Assembly (NCBI GenBank): GCA_041652555.1
Contig: JBAZHE010000002.1
Span: 13,409 to 77,408, forward strand
Direction of reading: 5' to 3'
DNA length: 64,000 nt
Origin: Patescibacteria group bacterium
GTDB taxonomy: Bacteria; Patescibacteriota; Patescibacteriia; Patescibacteriales; WJLG01
The first letter of the stretch is position 1. Every line of letters starts with the position of its first letter. The notes beneath the pieces were generated by a model. That model was not told the DNA's origin, did not search any database, and was given only the letters and a program-made list of their open reading frames with translations. Both the position numbers and the translations under genes were made by a program. Of this stretch, positions 51,202-60,562 are shown piece by piece.

Positions 51202-51810
51202 TTATATTTGTACCTCTTGTCCTTCGGTGCTTACTCTTCCGCCCATCCATTGGCCACGATATTGATTGCCTTCACCTAGAACTTCTTGAAAGGTGATATG
51301 GGCGATACGAGCACCGAAAGAAATTTTAACATTAGCTGGACCAAGATTGCAAACACCAAAAGTTAATTCTCCAGAATATCCCGGTTGAACAATCCCGTTA
51401 AACATTCCAAGGCCGGAACGAAACATTGTTGTGCGCGGGAAGACAACTCCGGAAAGAGTAGTCGGCAAATTAACTTTTTCCATTGTTTTAACAAGGTAAT
51501 ATTTTCCAGGTTCAAAAATAAAAATATCTTCGTTAACAGAAGTTGGCAAATCCCCTCTAAAAAGAGGGGTGGCGCGGTACTCCGCGACGGGGTGTGTTGT
51601 GTTGGAATTTTGAGCTTTGCCAACTAGTTTAGTGTTTGGTGTTTGTCTTTCTTCTACACCTAAAAATCCATCTCCTTCTAATTCATAAATTTCTCCCAAC
51701 CTCAAATCAAAACCCGCACCTTCGGGATTATTCATTTCCCGTTCGCACAAACCCCCAACCAGATTTATTTCCCTTACTAATTCGTGTAGTTTTTTAATAC
51801 CTAGAATCAT
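51202..51810 (-). CDS. Trimeric dUTPase/dCTP deaminase-family protein with an in-frame repeat insertion
   Basis: GFDLRLG, PRTTMFRSGL, PGYSGEL, GARIAHI and YRGQW. Confidence 0.85.
   Translation of the reverse strand: MILGIKKLHELVREINLVGGLCEREMNNPEGAGFDLRLGEIYELEGDGFLGVEERQTPNTKLVGKAQNSNTTHPVAEYRATPLFRGDLPTSVNEDIFIFEPGKYYLVKTMEKVNLPTTLSGVVFPRTTMFRSGLGMFNGIVQPGYSGELTFGVCNLGPANVKISFGARIAHITFQEVLGEGNQYRGQWMGGRVSTEGQEVQI
51551..51598 (-). repeat. Family-A palindromic element inserted in-frame in the dUTPase-family gene
   Basis: Minus strand AACACACCCCGTCGCGG(AGTA)CCGCGCCACCCCTCT(TTTT)AGAGGGGA, encoding THPVAEYRATPLFRGD. Confidence 0.85.
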
Positions 51811-52355
51811 ATTTTTTGGTTGATTTCTTTTCTTTCAAAATCACAATAAATTTTGCCTTCGTATTTGCTTATTTTTATTCCTTTAGCACGGGCCAGCTCT
51901 GTAGCTTCGTCTTCTTCTTCCATCTTTTCGCCGCCGGTTTGAGTTCTTAGATATACATCTTTGTAGATAATTTCTTTTATGCCAGCATTATTCAAGGCCT
52001 TCATGCAGTCATAGCAGGGGAATAAGACAGTATATAGAGTGCTCCCTCTTAGAGACTTTGGGTTAAGACAATTGATAATGCCATTGATTTCGGCATGAGC
52101 GCCACGACAACGTTTCAATTTTTTTGTTACTGGATCGCCCTCAATTTTAGCACAGCCAACTTCGTTGCAATGCAAGTCTCCCTCTGTTGGGCCATTGTAT
52201 CCCATGGAAAGAATTCTTTTGTCTTTATCAACAAAAACACAACCAGTCACTACTACTACGCAAGAAGTTCTCTTAGAGGCTATTACTGCTAGGTTCATAA
52301 ACATTTCATCCCAATTTAATCTTTGTACGCGTGGAGTCTTTTTAGAGTCTGTCAT
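51807..52355 (-). CDS. dCMP deaminase (ComEB family)
   Basis: GYNG, HAEIN and PCYDC; promoter TTGCCT-17-TAAAAT at 52433-52405. Confidence 0.93.
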   Translation of the reverse strand: MTDSKKTPRVQRLNWDEMFMNLAVIASKRTSCVVVVTGCVFVDKDKRILSMGYNGPTEGDLHCNEVGCAKIEGDPVTKKLKRCRGAHAEINGIINCLNPKSLRGSTLYTVLFPCYDCMKALNNAGIKEIIYKDVYLRTQTGGEKMEEEDEATELARAKGIKISKYEGKIYCDFERKEINQKI

Positions 52356-52491
52356 ATTGTTAAATAAAATAATAAGAGAGGGTTAATCGTCCCCCTGAAA
52401 TATAATTTTAGCAAAATAAATTTTAATAGGCAATGGTTTTATTTTGAGTAAAGAAGTGATAAAAAATAGCTGTCTAAAAAATTTGTACAGC

Positions 52492-52528
52492 AAAAACAAA
52501 AAAACGCCTTTTAAGGCGTTGTTTTGTT
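52492..52528 (-). terminator. Terminator after rplA
   Basis: aacgcctt/aaggcgtt stem with flanking A/T tracts. Confidence 0.7.
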
Positions 52529-52545
52529 GTATGTAATTTTTTAGT

Positions 52546-53346
52546 TTAAGAGATTTCTACTTTTACACCTTGTCCCATAGAAGATGCGACGGAGATGTTT
52601 TTTATGTAAAGTCCTCTGGCTGAGGATGGTTTTGATTTTTTTATAACTTCTAAAAAGGCGTTAAAATTATCAACCAACTTAGCATCATCAAAAGATTTTT
52701 TACCTATTAAGGCGTGTAGGTTGCCTGTGTCATCATTTTTGAAGCTTAATTTACCTTTTTTAAATTCGGTAATAGCTTTGATCGGGTCAACGGCGACAGT
52801 ATCGTTTTTTGGTGAAGGCATTAAACCGCGAGTACCGAGAATTTTAGCAATCATACCCATCTTTTTCATCATAGAAGGCTCGGCAATAGCCAAATCAAAT
52901 TCGGTTTTTTCGGTCTTCTTTATTTTTTCTATCATTTCTTCGTTACCAATCAAATCGGCACCGGCTTTTTTAGCCGCTTCTTCGTTGATAGGTTCAACAA
53001 AAGCAATTACGCGGACGGTTTTGCCTACGCCATGTGGCAAGACAACAGTTCCGCGAACTTGCTGTTCACCTTTAGCTGGGTCAATTCCTAGACGGAAGTG
53101 AACCTCTACGGATGCATCAAATTTTTCTTTTCCAGCTTCCTTAACGATTTTAATCGCTTCGGCAATTGGATAAGTTTTAGTTTTATCAAAATTATAAACA
53201 ATTTTTTTAGTTTTTGGCTTAGCAGGTTTTTTATCACTTTTTTTTGAAGATTTTTTTTCAGCTGAATCTTCTTTGGTTTCAGCCGTTTCTTCAAAGGCTT
53301 CGACCTCTTTTTTTTCAACGGCCTCAATCTTTTTTTCTTTAGTCAT
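52546..53346 (-). CDS. rplA: 50S ribosomal protein L1 with a charged N-terminal extension
   Basis: KFDASVEVH..LGIDP, VRGTVVLPHG.G and LG.RGLMPSPK. Confidence 0.98.
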   Translation of the reverse strand: MTKEKKIEAVEKKEVEAFEETAETKEDSAEKKSSKKSDKKPAKPKTKKIVYNFDKTKTYPIAEAIKIVKEAGKEKFDASVEVHFRLGIDPAKGEQQVRGTVVLPHGVGKTVRVIAFVEPINEEAAKKAGADLIGNEEMIEKIKKTEKTEFDLAIAEPSMMKKMGMIAKILGTRGLMPSPKNDTVAVDPIKAITEFKKGKLSFKNDDTGNLHALIGKKSFDDAKLVDNFNAFLEVIKKSKPSSARGLYIKNISVASSMGQGVKVEIS

Positions 53347-53357
53347 AAATTTGTTTC

Positions 53358-53390
53358 GTGGTTAACGTCCCAAGTCCTCGGAACTCCCAC
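53358..53390 (-). promoter_or_regulatory. L1-binding autoregulatory RNA site upstream of rplA
   Basis: Minus strand GUGGGA-GUUCCGAG(GA)CUUGGGAC-GUUAA-CCAC, matching the GUGGGAG...ACCAC asymmetric-loop pattern. Confidence 0.7.
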
Positions 53391-53399
53391 AAGTAATTA

Positions 53400-53831
53400 T
53401 TATTTAATTTCAACTCCCATTTGACGGGCGGTGCCAGCGATAATTCTTTTAGCGGCTTCTAAGTCAGTAGTATTTAAGTCCGGCATTTTTATTTTGGCGA
53501 TTTCTCCTAATTGTTCCTGAGTAAGGACGCCGACTTTTTCCAATAAAGCGTTATGTGCGCCAGATTGCAACTTTAAAACTTTTTTAATTAAAGATGAAGC
53601 TGGCGGTTTTTTCATTATGAAGTCATAAGAACGATCCTCATAAACAGTAATAATAACCGGCAAAGTATCGCCGCGCATTTCTTGGGAAGCGGCGTTGAAT
53701 TTAGTAACGAATTCCTGAATATTTAAACCATGTTGTCCCAGGGCCGGACCAACTGGTGGGGCTGGGGTTGCCATAGCAGCTGGAATCTGCAGTTTGATTA
53801 GCGCTTTTATTTTTTTCTTAGGTTTGGCCAT
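53400..53831 (-). CDS. rplK: 50S ribosomal protein L11
   Basis: [15 protein letters not shown] and IAGTARQMG. Confidence 0.99.
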   Translation of the reverse strand: MAKPKKKIKALIKLQIPAAMATPAPPVGPALGQHGLNIQEFVTKFNAASQEMRGDTLPVIITVYEDRSYDFIMKKPPASSLIKKVLKLQSGAHNALLEKVGVLTQEQLGEIAKIKMPDLNTTDLEAAKRIIAGTARQMGVEIK

Positions 53832-53879
53832 ATAAATAATTTTTTAGAGTAAGAAGCGTACTCTTTTAGTATAATACTT

Positions 53880-54425
53880 TTATATTTTTTTAATTTGTAA
53901 AAAATCTAATTCAATCGGGGTTTCGCGTCCGAACATATTAACCAGGACTTTAACACGACCTTTTTCTTCGTCAATGTTGGTGATTTTTCCCTCTAGACTT
54001 TTAAATGGTCCATCCACAATTTTAACGGGGGAGTCGACCGAGAAATCAATTTTGAATTTTGGTTCGTCAATACCCATTCTTTTCTGCAAGCCTTTAATTT
54101 CTTCTTCGGAAACCGGAGTTGGAGTTGTGCCGGTACCAATAAAGCCGGTGACATTCGGGGTATTGCGAACAACATACCAAGACTTGTCAGTAACAACCAT
54201 TTCTACTAAGACATAACCGGGATAAATTTTTTCTTCCACCACCTTGCGCTTGCCGTTCTTGATTTTAATCTTTTTTTCGGTTGGCACCATAACGTTGAAG
54301 ATTTGATCTTCCACGTCCATAGTATCAATTCTTTGTAAAAGATTCTGCGAAACATTTTCTTCATAGCCGGAAGAAGTGTGCAAAACATACCAGCGGCGGC
54401 CTTGATTTAAAGTTTGTTTGGCCAT
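53880..54425 (-). CDS. nusG: Transcription factor NusG
   Basis: WYVLHT.SGYE, YPGYVLVEM and the KOW motif DGPF...MFGRETP. Confidence 0.99.
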   Translation of the reverse strand: MAKQTLNQGRRWYVLHTSSGYEENVSQNLLQRIDTMDVEDQIFNVMVPTEKKIKIKNGKRKVVEEKIYPGYVLVEMVVTDKSWYVVRNTPNVTGFIGTGTTPTPVSEEEIKGLQKRMGIDEPKFKIDFSVDSPVKIVDGPFKSLEGKITNIDEEKGRVKVLVNMFGRETPIELDFLQIKKI

Positions 54426-54448
54426 ATTTTTTGTTTTTTATAAGGAGA

Positions 54449-54637
54449 TTATCTTTGGATTATTTTTTCCAAAGGAATGTTAAAAATAAAATCCAGGGCG
54501 CCTAAAAAAGTGGCGACGCCGAGAGAAATCGCGATAACCAACACGATATATTCTCGAGTTTGTTTCTTGGTTGGCCAAGTAACTTTTTTCATTTCCTCTA
54601 AAGAGGACTTAATATAGGCGGTTATTTTATTGATCAT
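54449..54637 (-). CDS. secE: Preprotein translocase subunit SecE
   Basis: EMKKVTWPT plus one TM segment; promoter TTGACA-17-TAATAT at 54721-54693. Confidence 0.96.
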   Translation of the reverse strand: MINKITAYIKSSLEEMKKVTWPTKKQTREYIVLVIAISLGVATFLGALDFIFNIPLEKIIQR

Positions 54638-54831
54638 ATGTTTTCCAATAACAAAAACAGCCCTGTTGGGCGGTCTATTAAATTACACTATTATATTACA
54701 GGAAAAATCTAATTGTGTCAATAAAATTAGTAATAGGAAAAAGTAGCTAATATTAAATAATAAAATAATATTTTTAAATAATAACAAAAACATGCTATAA
54801 TTTTTTATATAAATAATAAAATAATAATTTT

Positions 54832-55059
54832 ATGGAAAAAATCTTTAGTGTTTTGGATAAAAAAATTAATCACTTCATCTGGGTTTTGGTCGGCAACGGA
54901 ATAGTGATATTAATGTTAGGCATTTTAATAGTCTGGACAGATTTTATGTTAAGGCTTATAATTGGTCTCGTCGCTATAATGGTTGCCTATATGTTTTTCT
55001 ATGGAGCCTATAAAGTGCGCCAATTTCGTAAACTTTTGGATAAATTTATAAAATTTTAG
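54832..55059 (+). CDS. Small two-TM hypothetical protein
   Basis: 75-aa ORF with two hydrophobic helices. Confidence 0.65.
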   Translation: MEKIFSVLDKKINHFIWVLVGNGIVILMLGILIVWTDFMLRLIIGLVAIMVAYMFFYGAYKVRQFRKLLDKFIKF

Positions 55060-55063
55060 AATT

Positions 55064-55540
55064 ATGACTTACAAAAAAATCACTTTTTTCTTATTTGCCA
55101 CTGTCTTGTTGATTTCTTTAACAGGTTGTCGAGGAACAAAAATTGAATCGATGGATGAATTAAACGCGGAAAATCTTTATCCTTATAGCAATGATGATTT
55201 AGGTTTTAGCCTCTATTTGCCATCTGATTTTATTTATTTCCAAACACAAAGAAAAAATAATCAAGACTTTTCTGATTTAGAAATTTATATTCCGACCGCG
55301 GATATGAGCCAGCAAAAAGAAGTTTCCGGTTATGCCAAGCCGATTATTGTTCGCGTGTTTGACAAAAAATATTGGAATGATAATATGAACGACGAAGAAA
55401 GAGCCGAATATATAAAAGCCGGCGAAAAAGGCAATCGCGTTTATGGATTAATGTTTTGGAACAATATCCCAAGCGATTGGTCTGTTAAGTGGACAGAGGA
55501 TATGAAAAATCAGATAATCAAAGATTTTCAAATAAAATAA
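55064..55540 (+). CDS. Putative lipoprotein
   Basis: Lipobox LTGC; Y.N...GFSL.LP motif. Confidence 0.7.
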   Translation: MTYKKITFFLFATVLLISLTGCRGTKIESMDELNAENLYPYSNDDLGFSLYLPSDFIYFQTQRKNNQDFSDLEIYIPTADMSQQKEVSGYAKPIIVRVFDKKYWNDNMNDEERAEYIKAGEKGNRVYGLMFWNNIPSDWSVKWTEDMKNQIIKDFQIK

Positions 55541-55655
55541 AATATTTTGAGCCCGCCATAGAAAATTTATTTAAGGCGGGTTTTTTTATTTGATTTTTCT
55601 GTTGAAATAGGGTAAAATTAAAGCATGAATTTGATAAATATTTATAATTTTTCTT

Positions 55656-57335
55656 ATGGTTAGCCCGTATTTAAGCAAAAAAAAGAATGAATCATTAACA
55701 GTTTCTTTGCCGATAAAGAAGATTTTTCAGGCTGTTTATAGACAAAAAGAAAAAGGTGGTGATACTTCTGGAGAGGATGAGACTAAAATTGTTGTCTCTG
55801 AGCTTATTTCTAAGCTTACTTTTTTTTATGAAAAAATTCGCAATTACGTTGATTATAACGAAGAGCATCTGCATCGCAAGAACGCCATTAAAAGAATTTT
55901 AAAACGCCATCTGGTTATTGAAAGCGCGGTTGTTCGGGAATCAGCCGAAGATTTATCTAGAAATCTTTTGTGTGAACTGATTCGTGCCGGTTATCTGCCC
56001 AATAATAAAATTCCGGAAAAGAAAATAGATGATGTAAAATTGGTTTTAGAAAAGTATATAAAGCTTCGCCAATTAGCAATGCCACACGGTCTAGCCGAGC
56101 AGATGGAAAAAATAATCGATAAAGAGAAGCGTGAGTTTTCCGATTGGCTCCTGGGAATTGCCGCCAGCGAAATAGAAAGCACTTTGGAAATAAATAAGAT
56201 TGGTGAATTGGTTGTTGGCAATATCTATGAATATCTTTCCGGCAATGTTCGTTTGCCAATCAATTTTGCCGGTTATGAAAAAGATTTGCCGATTCAGATT
56301 TTTCTTTCCGTCCACCGTACGCATTTGAAATATGACGAAAGCATGTTGTCTTATTTGTTATTTAAATATTACAATGCTCAATGGTGGCTACCGCAAAACG
56401 AAGACATTGAAAAAATTGCTAAGAATATTTCTCTTTTACGCGCGGCTATCAGCCAGCAGCTTAATCATCCTCTGGTTAGACAACTGGATAAAATAACCAA
56501 CCGTTATTCGGTTTTTTATTCTATTTTAACTGATATGATCTCTGAAGATCCGGTGGCGCTTTATGAGAATATTAAAAATAAGCCGGAAGTTTTTTCTTCT
56601 CTAGCCAAAGAGCAATTTACGCAACGTTTTGAAAAAGCTAAGTCTCGCTTGTGGCGCGCCGGTATCAATAGTATCATTTATATTTTTATCACTAAGTCTA
56701 TCTTTGTTTTAGCCCTTGAAGTTCCGGCAACCAGATATTTCGGTCAGCCCTTGGATTATTTGGCCTTAACCGCGAATATGTTGTTTCCGCCTTTTTTACT
56801 TTTTTTAGTGATTATGTTCACGAAAGTGTCTAGTGAAGAGAATAATAAAAAAGTCGTGGCCGGCGTGGAAGAAATAACTTTTGAAGAAAAACATCGCCAC
56901 GATCCGATTGTCCTGCGCAAGCCGACTCGTCGCAACCCGATTGTGAGCTTTATTTTTAACATTTTATATTCTTTAACTTTTTTGATTTCTTTTGGCGCCG
57001 TGGTTTGGGTTTTGAATAAATTTAATTTTACCTGGGTGAGTACTGTAATTTTTTTATTTTTTTTAGTGTTTGTTTCTTTCTTTTCAATCCTTATTCGTCG
57101 CAACGTTCGTCGGTTGGTGGTTGTGGAAGAGCGGGAAAATCTTTTGAATTTTATATTGGATTTTTTCTTTATTCCTATTACCGTAGTTGGTAAATGGATT
57201 TCGCATAAATTTTCCAAGATAAATGTCTTTATGTTTGTAATGGACTTTATTATTGAAGCCCCATTTAAAGTATTAGTTAGCATTGCCGAACAATGGACAA
57301 GATATGTACGCGAACGTAAAGAAGACATTGAGTAG
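55656..57335 (+). CDS. Hypothetical multi-pass membrane protein
   Basis: FFYEKIRN.VDY.EEHL.RKNAIKR and DF.IEAPFK; four C-terminal TM segments. Confidence 0.75.
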   Translation: MVSPYLSKKKNESLTVSLPIKKIFQAVYRQKEKGGDTSGEDETKIVVSELISKLTFFYEKIRNYVDYNEEHLHRKNAIKRILKRHLVIESAVVRESAEDLSRNLLCELIRAGYLPNNKIPEKKIDDVKLVLEKYIKLRQLAMPHGLAEQMEKIIDKEKREFSDWLLGIAASEIESTLEINKIGELVVGNIYEYLSGNVRLPINFAGYEKDLPIQIFLSVHRTHLKYDESMLSYLLFKYYNAQWWLPQNEDIEKIAKNISLLRAAISQQLNHPLVRQLDKITNRYSVFYSILTDMISEDPVALYENIKNKPEVFSSLAKEQFTQRFEKAKSRLWRAGINSIIYIFITKSIFVLALEVPATRYFGQPLDYLALTANMLFPPFLLFLVIMFTKVSSEENNKKVVAGVEEITFEEKHRHDPIVLRKPTRRNPIVSFIFNILYSLTFLISFGAVVWVLNKFNFTWVSTVIFLFFLVFVSFFSILIRRNVRRLVVVEERENLLNFILDFFFIPITVVGKWISHKFSKINVFMFVMDFIIEAPFKVLVSIAEQWTRYVRERKEDIE

Positions 57336-57354
57336 GATTTTAATTTTGAATTTT

Positions 57355-58071
57355 ATGTTATATATAGTAGGAACGCCAATTGGAAATTTAGAGGATATTA
57401 GTTTTCGGGCTATTAGGATTTTAACCGAGGCTGATTTTGTGTTGTGTGAAGATACGCGCAACACCGGAGTTTTATTGAAGCATTACAATATTACCACTAA
57501 GAAAATTTCTTATCATCAGCATTCAGATAATGTTAAGGTGGACCAGATTATAAAATTATTAGAAGAAGGAAAAACATTAGCTCTAGTAACTGATGCCGGC
57601 ACGCCGGGTATTTCTGACCCAGGAGGAGTTTTAGTGGCGAAAGTTTTAGAACATTTTGGCGAGGATATGAAAATTGAATCCGTGCCTGGTCCATCAGCGG
57701 TAACGGCGGCATTATCTATTTCCGGTGTGCCGACGGATAAATTTATTTTTATGGGTTTTCCGCCCCACAAAAAAGGCCGTCAGACTTTTATTAAAAGAAT
57801 TTTGGAAAGCGAATATCCGGTTGTGGTTTATGAATCCAAACATCGGATAACAAAATTTTTAGAAGAATTAAAAGCCTTAAAAGAAAATACTGATTTTGAA
57901 GACGATGAAAAAACCGTTAAAAAGAAAAAGAGTTTAGAAAGCGTAGTTGTAGCGCGCGAATTATCCAAGATGCACGAAACTGTTTATCGCGGTGATATTA
58001 ACGATATTATAAATAAAATCTCCGCCACCACCGACGATCAAAGAGGGGAGTTTGTGGTTATTATTGGGTAA
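57355..58071 (+). CDS. rsmI: 16S rRNA Cm1402 methyltransferase
   Basis: LYIVGTPIGNLEDIS, CEDTR, DAGTPGISDPG and RELSKMHE. Confidence 0.96.
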   Translation: MLYIVGTPIGNLEDISFRAIRILTEADFVLCEDTRNTGVLLKHYNITTKKISYHQHSDNVKVDQIIKLLEEGKTLALVTDAGTPGISDPGGVLVAKVLEHFGEDMKIESVPGPSAVTAALSISGVPTDKFIFMGFPPHKKGRQTFIKRILESEYPVVVYESKHRITKFLEELKALKENTDFEDDEKTVKKKKSLESVVVARELSKMHETVYRGDINDIINKISATTDDQRGEFVVIIG

Positions 58072-58093
58072 TAAAATAAAAAACATAAAAATT

Positions 58094-58456
58094 ATGAAGG
58101 AGGAAATAACTTTATCCGGTCCTCATAAAAATTTTGAGGACATCAAAAAAATTAATAAGAATGGAGTGGAATATTGGGAAGCACGCGAATTGATGCCACT
58201 TTTAGGGTACCCAAATTGGGAAAAGGCAGAAGATGTTATCGCTAGGGCTGTTCGCTCTTGCATGAATAGCGGACAAGATGTTGATGACCATTTTCACCAT
58301 ACGGTGAAAATGGTAAAAATTGGCTTAGATTCAATGAGAAAGATTGTGGATAACTCTTTAGATAGGTATGCCTGTTATTTGATCGCTCAAAACGGCGATT
58401 CTAATAAACCGGAAATAGCCTTAGCTCAGACTTATTTCGCAATTAAAAATTTATAA
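58094..58456 (+). pseudogene. dinD: Truncated DinD/BRO-N family gene
   Basis: FEDIK...GVEYW.ARELM..LGY..W and RYACYLIAQNGD..K.EIALAQTYFA, followed almost immediately by a stop; the C-terminal half of DinD is missing. Confidence 0.75.
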
Positions 58457-58469
58457 TTTATAATTTTGT

Positions 58470-60011
58470 ATGAAATTCTATATCACAACAACTCTCCCAT
58501 ACGTCAATGCCGATCCGCATATTGGGCATGCGGCGGAATTTATTAAGGCGGATTGTTTGGCTCGTTGGCATCGTTTAATTGGCGATGAGGTGTTTTTTAA
58601 TACTGGGACTGATGAGCATGGGCAGAAGATTTATGAGAAGGCGAAGGCGGCTGGTAAGGATACTTTGGAATATTGCGATGAGTATGCGGCAAAATTTGGG
58701 GCTTTGAAAGAGGCTTTGGGGCTTACTTATAATAGTTTCATAAGAACGACTGATAAGCATCATATTGAGGCGGCACAGGCTTTCTGGAAGCTCTGCGAGG
58801 CCTCGGGAGACATTTATAAGAAACAGTATCAGGTTAAGTATTGTGTGGGTTGTGAATTGGAAAAAACTGATTCGGAATTGGTTGATGGGAAATGTCCTTT
58901 GCATCCTAACGCTGAACTGGAATTAATTGATGAGGAAAATTATTTCTTTAAATTTTCAAAATATCAGAAGCCACTTTTAGATTTGTATAAAAATAATCCG
59001 GAATTTGTAAAACCGTCTGAACGCTTTAATGAAATCAAATCTTTTGTAGAGAGGGGATTGCAAGATTTTTCTATTTCTCGTTTGGCTTCTAAGATGCCTT
59101 GGGGGATTCCGGTGCCGGGAGATGAAACGCAAGTGATGTATGTTTGGTTTGATGCACTAGTGAATTATGTTTCTTGTCTTGGTTGGCCATGTCATTGTGA
59201 GAGGGTGAATAAATTTGGTGCTGAAGAAAGTTCAGATTTATGCTTATGTAATAAAGATGAATGTAATTATAAAAGATACTGGCCGGGGTTGCAGGTTTGT
59301 GGGAAGGATAATTTGCGTCAGCAGACGGCTATGTGGCAATCAATGTTAATGTCAGCTGGCCTACCAACTTCTAAACAAGTTTTGGTGTTTGGATTTATTA
59401 CAGCCAATGGACAAAAGATGTCTAAGTCTTTAGGTAATACTATTAATCCGATTGACCTTGTTGCTAAATATGGTGTTGATGCCACTCGTTATTTCTTATT
59501 AAGAGAAATAAAACCTTTTTCTGATAGTGATTTTTCTTTTGAAAAATTTGAAACTTTGTATAATGCTGAGTTGGCTAATGGTATTGGCAATTTGGCGGCG
59601 CGCGTTTCTAATTTGTTGGAGAAGAATGGAATTGAGACTAATTTAAAAAAAATTAATTTTGTTGGACCACTTGAGTTAGAAAAAGAAACAGAAGAATCGT
59701 TTAGTTTTTATGTAAATTTTCACTTAAAGATGAGTGAGTATGCTTTTGATGAGGCTATTGGAATTTTAATAAAAAAAGCAGCTGATTGTGATGTGTTTTT
59801 GGCTGAAAAAAAACCTTGGAAAATGGATAGCAAAGAAGAAATTAAAAAAGTTCTTGAGCCGGTGGCGCAAGATATTTTGGATATCGCTTATTTATTGGCG
59901 CCGTTTATGCCGACAACTTCAGAAAAATTAATTAAGCAATTTTCGGAAAAACAAATCAAAAAAGGCGAATCACTTTTTCCGAGATTGGATGTTAGCGTAA
60001 AAGGTGTATAA
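58470..60011 (+). CDS. metG: Methionyl-tRNA synthetase (short form)
   Basis: HIGH, GTDEHGQK, YVWFDAL and KMSKS. Confidence 0.97.
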   Translation: MKFYITTTLPYVNADPHIGHAAEFIKADCLARWHRLIGDEVFFNTGTDEHGQKIYEKAKAAGKDTLEYCDEYAAKFGALKEALGLTYNSFIRTTDKHHIEAAQAFWKLCEASGDIYKKQYQVKYCVGCELEKTDSELVDGKCPLHPNAELELIDEENYFFKFSKYQKPLLDLYKNNPEFVKPSERFNEIKSFVERGLQDFSISRLASKMPWGIPVPGDETQVMYVWFDALVNYVSCLGWPCHCERVNKFGAEESSDLCLCNKDECNYKRYWPGLQVCGKDNLRQQTAMWQSMLMSAGLPTSKQVLVFGFITANGQKMSKSLGNTINPIDLVAKYGVDATRYFLLREIKPFSDSDFSFEKFETLYNAELANGIGNLAARVSNLLEKNGIETNLKKINFVGPLELEKETEESFSFYVNFHLKMSEYAFDEAIGILIKKAADCDVFLAEKKPWKMDSKEEIKKVLEPVAQDILDIAYLLAPFMPTTSEKLIKQFSEKQIKKGESLFPRLDVSVKGV

Positions 60012-60043
60012 TAGTAGAGTGATTATTTTATTTTTATTTTTAT

Positions 60044-60562
60044 ATGATTAATTGGCTTGATGCGGTTTTGTTAATTCTTCTTATTAGCTCTACCTGGCGC
60101 GGTTATTCTACTGGGCTGATTAAAGCTGTCGGCTCTTTTGCCGGTGTTATCGTCGGCGCCAGCATCGCTTCTTATTTTTATTTGCGATTTTATGGCTTAG
60201 TAGATCGGTTCTTCGGCGGTTTAGACAATATTGGTTATGTTGTTTCGTTTTTTATTATTTTTATTATTGCTAGTAAAATAATTTATTTAATTTTTGCCGC
60301 ACTTGATAAAACTTATAATTTTATCGCTATTATTCCATTTTTAAAATCTATCAACCATTTGGCCGGAGCTTTTTTAGGTTTAATTATTGGCTCTTTAATA
60401 ACCAGTCTTTTGCTTTATGTAGTCGCGAAATATTTGCCCATAGGTAATGCTTTTGATAGTGCCTTGGCCGCTTCAAAAATTTCTCCATGGCTATTGATTA
60501 TTGCTAACGCGTTTTTGCCAGTTTTGTCTGGCAGTTTGAAAAGTTTAAAAGCTATGATTTAA
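60044..60562 (+). CDS. cvpA: CvpA-family membrane protein
   Basis: NWLD...G...GLIK and IN.LAGAFLG. Confidence 0.85.
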   Translation: MINWLDAVLLILLISSTWRGYSTGLIKAVGSFAGVIVGASIASYFYLRFYGLVDRFFGGLDNIGYVVSFFIIFIIASKIIYLIFAALDKTYNFIAIIPFLKSINHLAGAFLGLIIGSLITSLLLYVVAKYLPIGNAFDSALAASKISPWLLIIANAFLPVLSGSLKSLKAMI

